From NCBI GenBank assembly GCA_028534125.1, contig CM052824.1:60016001-60080000 (forward strand): a stretch of DNA of 64,000 bases. Direction: 5' to 3'. The stretch comes from Lama glama (lineage: Eukaryota). The position numbers were made by a program, and so were the translations under genes. Below the pieces are notes generated by a model, which saw only the letters and a program-made list of their open reading frames with translations, was not told where the DNA came from and did no database searches. Shown here piece after piece: positions 60,533-64,000 of the stretch; within the stretch, counting starts at the first letter, position 1, and every line of letters starts with the position of its first letter.

Positions 60533-62709
60533 AAAGAACTCAGAAGTGGGGGGGCAGAGGGGAGGGCGGGGTGGGGGGCGCGGCCGGCCGAAGCTGACCT
60601 CTGACCCAGATGCTTCCACCCAAGTCACTCCTTCTGCGCTGGTTTGAAAACCTTAGAAAGTGACCCAAACGCTGTGGTCACTCTGGCCGCGGGCTCAGGC
60701 CGCCTCCCTGCTCCCTGACGGCGGCCGCCGAATAGCTCGTCTCCAGGGAGACAGGGACTTTTAAGCGCAAGGAAAATGACTTCAGATTCCTCGCGCTCGT
60801 TGCCAACAGATCCGCTCAAGAAGTAACAAAATGTTTTCTCTCAAAAGAAACCAAAGTCCTGGGGGGAGAAAAAGCCATGGGGATGACACTAATTTAGCCG
60901 CATTCGCAGACGTCATTCTGATGTTCCAAGCGGCCGGCGGTGCCTTTCTGACTCGTGGGACTCTCTCAGGGACTGAACCGCAGAGCAGCAGCGGGCGCGC
61001 CCCTGCCCCACCCCGAGGCCTGAGGCCGGCTCGGTTTGGGAGGACGCCCCCGTACCCCCAACCCTGGCTGCACGCGCGCTCGCTGGATGTGGCGCGGGGC
61101 CCCAGCGCGCCCCCCGGACGGCAGGCCCGACGCCCGGCCCCCGGCACGGCGAGGACCGCGGACGCCGCGTGGGTGCAGGCTGCCGGGCAGAGCAGGCCGT
61201 GCCCCCTCCCGTGCGGACCCACCCCAGGGCTCCTTTTGGGGCTTTTGTGTGCATGTGTGTGTTTTCTGTTTGAATTCTACTTCCCAAAACTCCTCACCTA
61301 CGGGAGGAAAATCAACGCTTGAAGGGCGTGTTTAATTTACTGGCCGAGCAAACAGCTTAGGAGAGAAAGGTGGTGTTTCCTGCTGATTAAAGGAGCGCTG
61401 TGCCTCGCGGGCCTCCACCCCTACCGGTCACCGGGGTTAAGTGATTGCCCGAAGCCGCCAGGAAAGCCCAGACTGATTCTGCTGCGCCCACTGCCCGGGG
61501 AGCGGGGGGCTGGGAGGAGGCCTGGGAGTGTGCAGAGAGCACTTGGAGAAAGCGGGTGCAGCGAGCAGCCCCTGAGGCCCCACAGCAAGCCGCTGGAGCC
61601 CGTGCACGGGACAAGCAGACGGCCGCCTCCCCGGGGACCCTGAGCCATCTGCCCTCGGCCACGTGCTGCAGCCAGGCGGCCCTCGGGGTCGGCCAGCTCA
61701 GCAGGAGCTCCGGGCCCTGGGCTGGCGGGCCTTTCTGGAGAGTGGGCGTCGTGGCCCCTGGTCCCTGCCCCTGCCACTCAGGCCTGTGACGGCTGGCACA
61801 GTCCCAGCAGGTGCTCTCAGGACGGCCGGAGTGCGGTGCCACGAACGCGAGCTCTGTATGACCTTGGAAACATAGGCCGTGTCACCATGTGTTATTTACT
61901 TGTTGGGAGACCGAGGACCTTCACTGGGGTTTTTAGGCTCAGGGTTCACAGCTGAGTCCATCAGCCCCCCAGATTCTTCTGGGAGACCGACCCCAATAAT
62001 AAATGCGGGGGGGTGTGGGCGGTGACGGGGCAGGAGGAGAGCCCCGGCCCCGGGGCTCGGGCCTGGGCACACCTGCGGCACCCTTGCTGAACTTCGTGCC
62101 CAAGCCCCTGTCATACACGGTTCGCCCTGTGAGTGGTGGCCACCCGGTCTCACCAACGGGTCAGAGGAGTGAAGGGCCCCAGCTGCTCCCGGCGCTGACC
62201 TGGGCCCTCCCCTGCCCCCCGAGCCCCTGTAGGCTGGGTCTCCTTGCTCCCACCACTGCAGCCTTGTCCGCTTCTTGCCCAGCCCCCCGAACTGAAGGCA
62301 CCCCGCCGCCCCCAGAGAGCCGCATCCAAATGTCGGAACTGTGGCCAGGATTTCAGGGGCTGGAGAGAGAGGGTGCGCAGCCGGCGGCGGCGGAGGGTCC
62401 CTCGGTAGAGTTCCCGTGGGCAGACGGCCCCACTGTGGTCCGACAAGCGGCATCTCGTGGGGCAGGACCCGGGAGTAAAGACCACAGGCCCTTCCCCAAG
62501 CACCAGCTCCTGGCTGCTCACGGCCCTGGGACCGGGCGGATTTTGGTCTTGGTCCGCGGCCGGGGGAGCTTGAGGGGGGTCCTCTGAGTCGACACGGGGC
62601 TTCCTCCGGTTCCTCCCTCACTGTGTGGTGGGCTTTTTAGGAGAAGCCATTAAACCGTGCAGGGCGCCAGCGGAGGTGACAGGCTGCCCCAGGAGCCGGG
62701 AGTGAGTGG

Positions 62710-62808
62710 CTGTGTGGGAGACAACACATGTGTGAGTGTGTGCGTGTGGTGATGTGGGACGCGCATGTGCACGTGTGAGTGCACACACGGGTGAGTCTGT
62801 GTGTGAGA
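62710..62808. repeat. Degenerate (TG)n simple repeat
   Basis: tgtgtgagtgtgtgcgtgtgg...gtgtgtgag. Confidence 0.75.
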
Positions 62809-64000
62809 GTTGGCCGTGAATCCTGACAACAGGCCTGAGGCGGGGCCGACATTGCTGCACTCTGCCTGGAGACCTCTGAGAGGAAGGGAGGAGAGGGTCC
62901 CTCTGCGGCTCCCCCCCAACCATCTATGGGCCGGGAGGGGCCCGGGGGGCATCCCAGTGCAGCCTGCGGAGATGCGGGTGTCACGGTGGACGTGACATCA
63001 TGTGTGCCTCCCAAGACTGGCTGCTACCAGAAGACGATGCTTCGGTGTTCCTTCCTAAAAGCCCACGGATGCTAGCATTCCAGGGCAGGTTGTCAGTGCT
63101 GGCCCCGCCTCCAGGGAGGGCGCCGAGGGGTGCAGACCCCGGGCGGTGAGCAGGGCTTAAAAGGGATCACTCAATCTGCCCAAATCTGGGCCTTTCCTGG
63201 GAGGCTCCGCTGGGCTCCTTGGACCCTGAAAGCTGCTGGAGGCACCACGCGGCACCTCAGGAGGGCTCCGGGAGCCGGGAGGCCAGTCCTGAGAGAGGCC
63301 CACCGGGCGGGGCAGGCAAAGCAGTGGGCAGGGCCAGCTCGGGCCCGCGGGGGACACGAGGGACCAGCAAGGTACAGTCAGACCCGACAGGCGGGGCCCC
63401 AGAAATGGCCCGGCCTGCCCTCCTGTGCCCCCAGAGCACCTGCCTCCTGGGCAGCCCACCTTAGTGATGGTGAAGCAGAGGCCCAGGGAGCTCGCACGCT
63501 GTCCCCAGCGAGGGGCAGAGCAGGGGGAGCCCCCACCCCAGTAGCCTGGCTCCCTGCACTCAGAAACGTGTGCCAGCCCTGTCCCGGGGCCCTGGTGCCC
63601 AGACTCCAGCCCCCGGCTGGCAGGCTGCCCTCCAGAACCACCGGCTCAGAGGGGCTTCTCACTGGGGCGGGGTGCTCCACGTCACCCCACGGCCACCGGG
63701 GCAGAGACGCCGGGCACAGGACACAGTGTGCTCGGAGGAGGCACCTGGTCACTTTGAGAACGGCGCGGAGGTGAGTTCTGCCCGATGCTGGCTGGGCTGC
63801 TCCCCACAGACGCCAGCAGAGCTTCCTCCCGCCGCGGGCCCTCACCCGTGAGACGCCCCCTTCCGCCCCCGGAGGAGAAACACGGGCCCCGCGTGGGGGC
63901 AAACCTGAAAACCCCTCCAGGCCTGGTTTTCTTTCTGGCTAAACCCTGTCTCACCCGCTCATCTGGGTTTGGCAATGAAGGTGGGCACGTGAACGTCGCA

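Larger units (their letters stand above)
59130..64000 (-). other. PRDM16: PRDM16 intron 1, 3' portion
   Basis: Lies upstream of the exon 2 acceptor. Exon 1 (MRSKARARKLAK) was not found in the window. Confidence 0.88.

Overview
GC-rich mammalian DNA lying entirely inside PRDM16 (MEL1), which is transcribed from the minus strand. Only two coding exons are present: a 350-nt exon 2 (58780-59129) and a 51-nt exon 3 (5915-5965, not shown as a separate ORF in the track). Together they encode the N-terminus and the start of the PR/SET domain. They are separated by a 52,814-nt intron 2, with parts of intron 1 (59130-64000) and intron 3 (1-5914) on either side. A tRNA-derived SINE resembling the camelid vic-1 family, with an intact 11-bp target-site duplication, suggests a camel or alpaca genome. 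The rest is intronic: GC-eroded ancient repeats (MIR, L2, L1M, MLT1, MER20, MER5/MER94), mini- and microsatellites, one 132-N assembly gap, and many AT-rich islands that look like constrained enhancers. Almost all ORFs in the track are spurious. I found no new protein-coding system. The best leads are cis-regulatory or RNA-processing hypotheses: a DR2+DR5 nuclear-receptor cluster, a MEF2/GATA/PBX cluster beside exon 2, a frame-preserving microexon with a perfect branch point/QKI motif, a 15-bp inverted repeat, and a candidate intronic poly(A) site. Repeat and orthologue assignments rest on recalled consensus sequences, not database searches.
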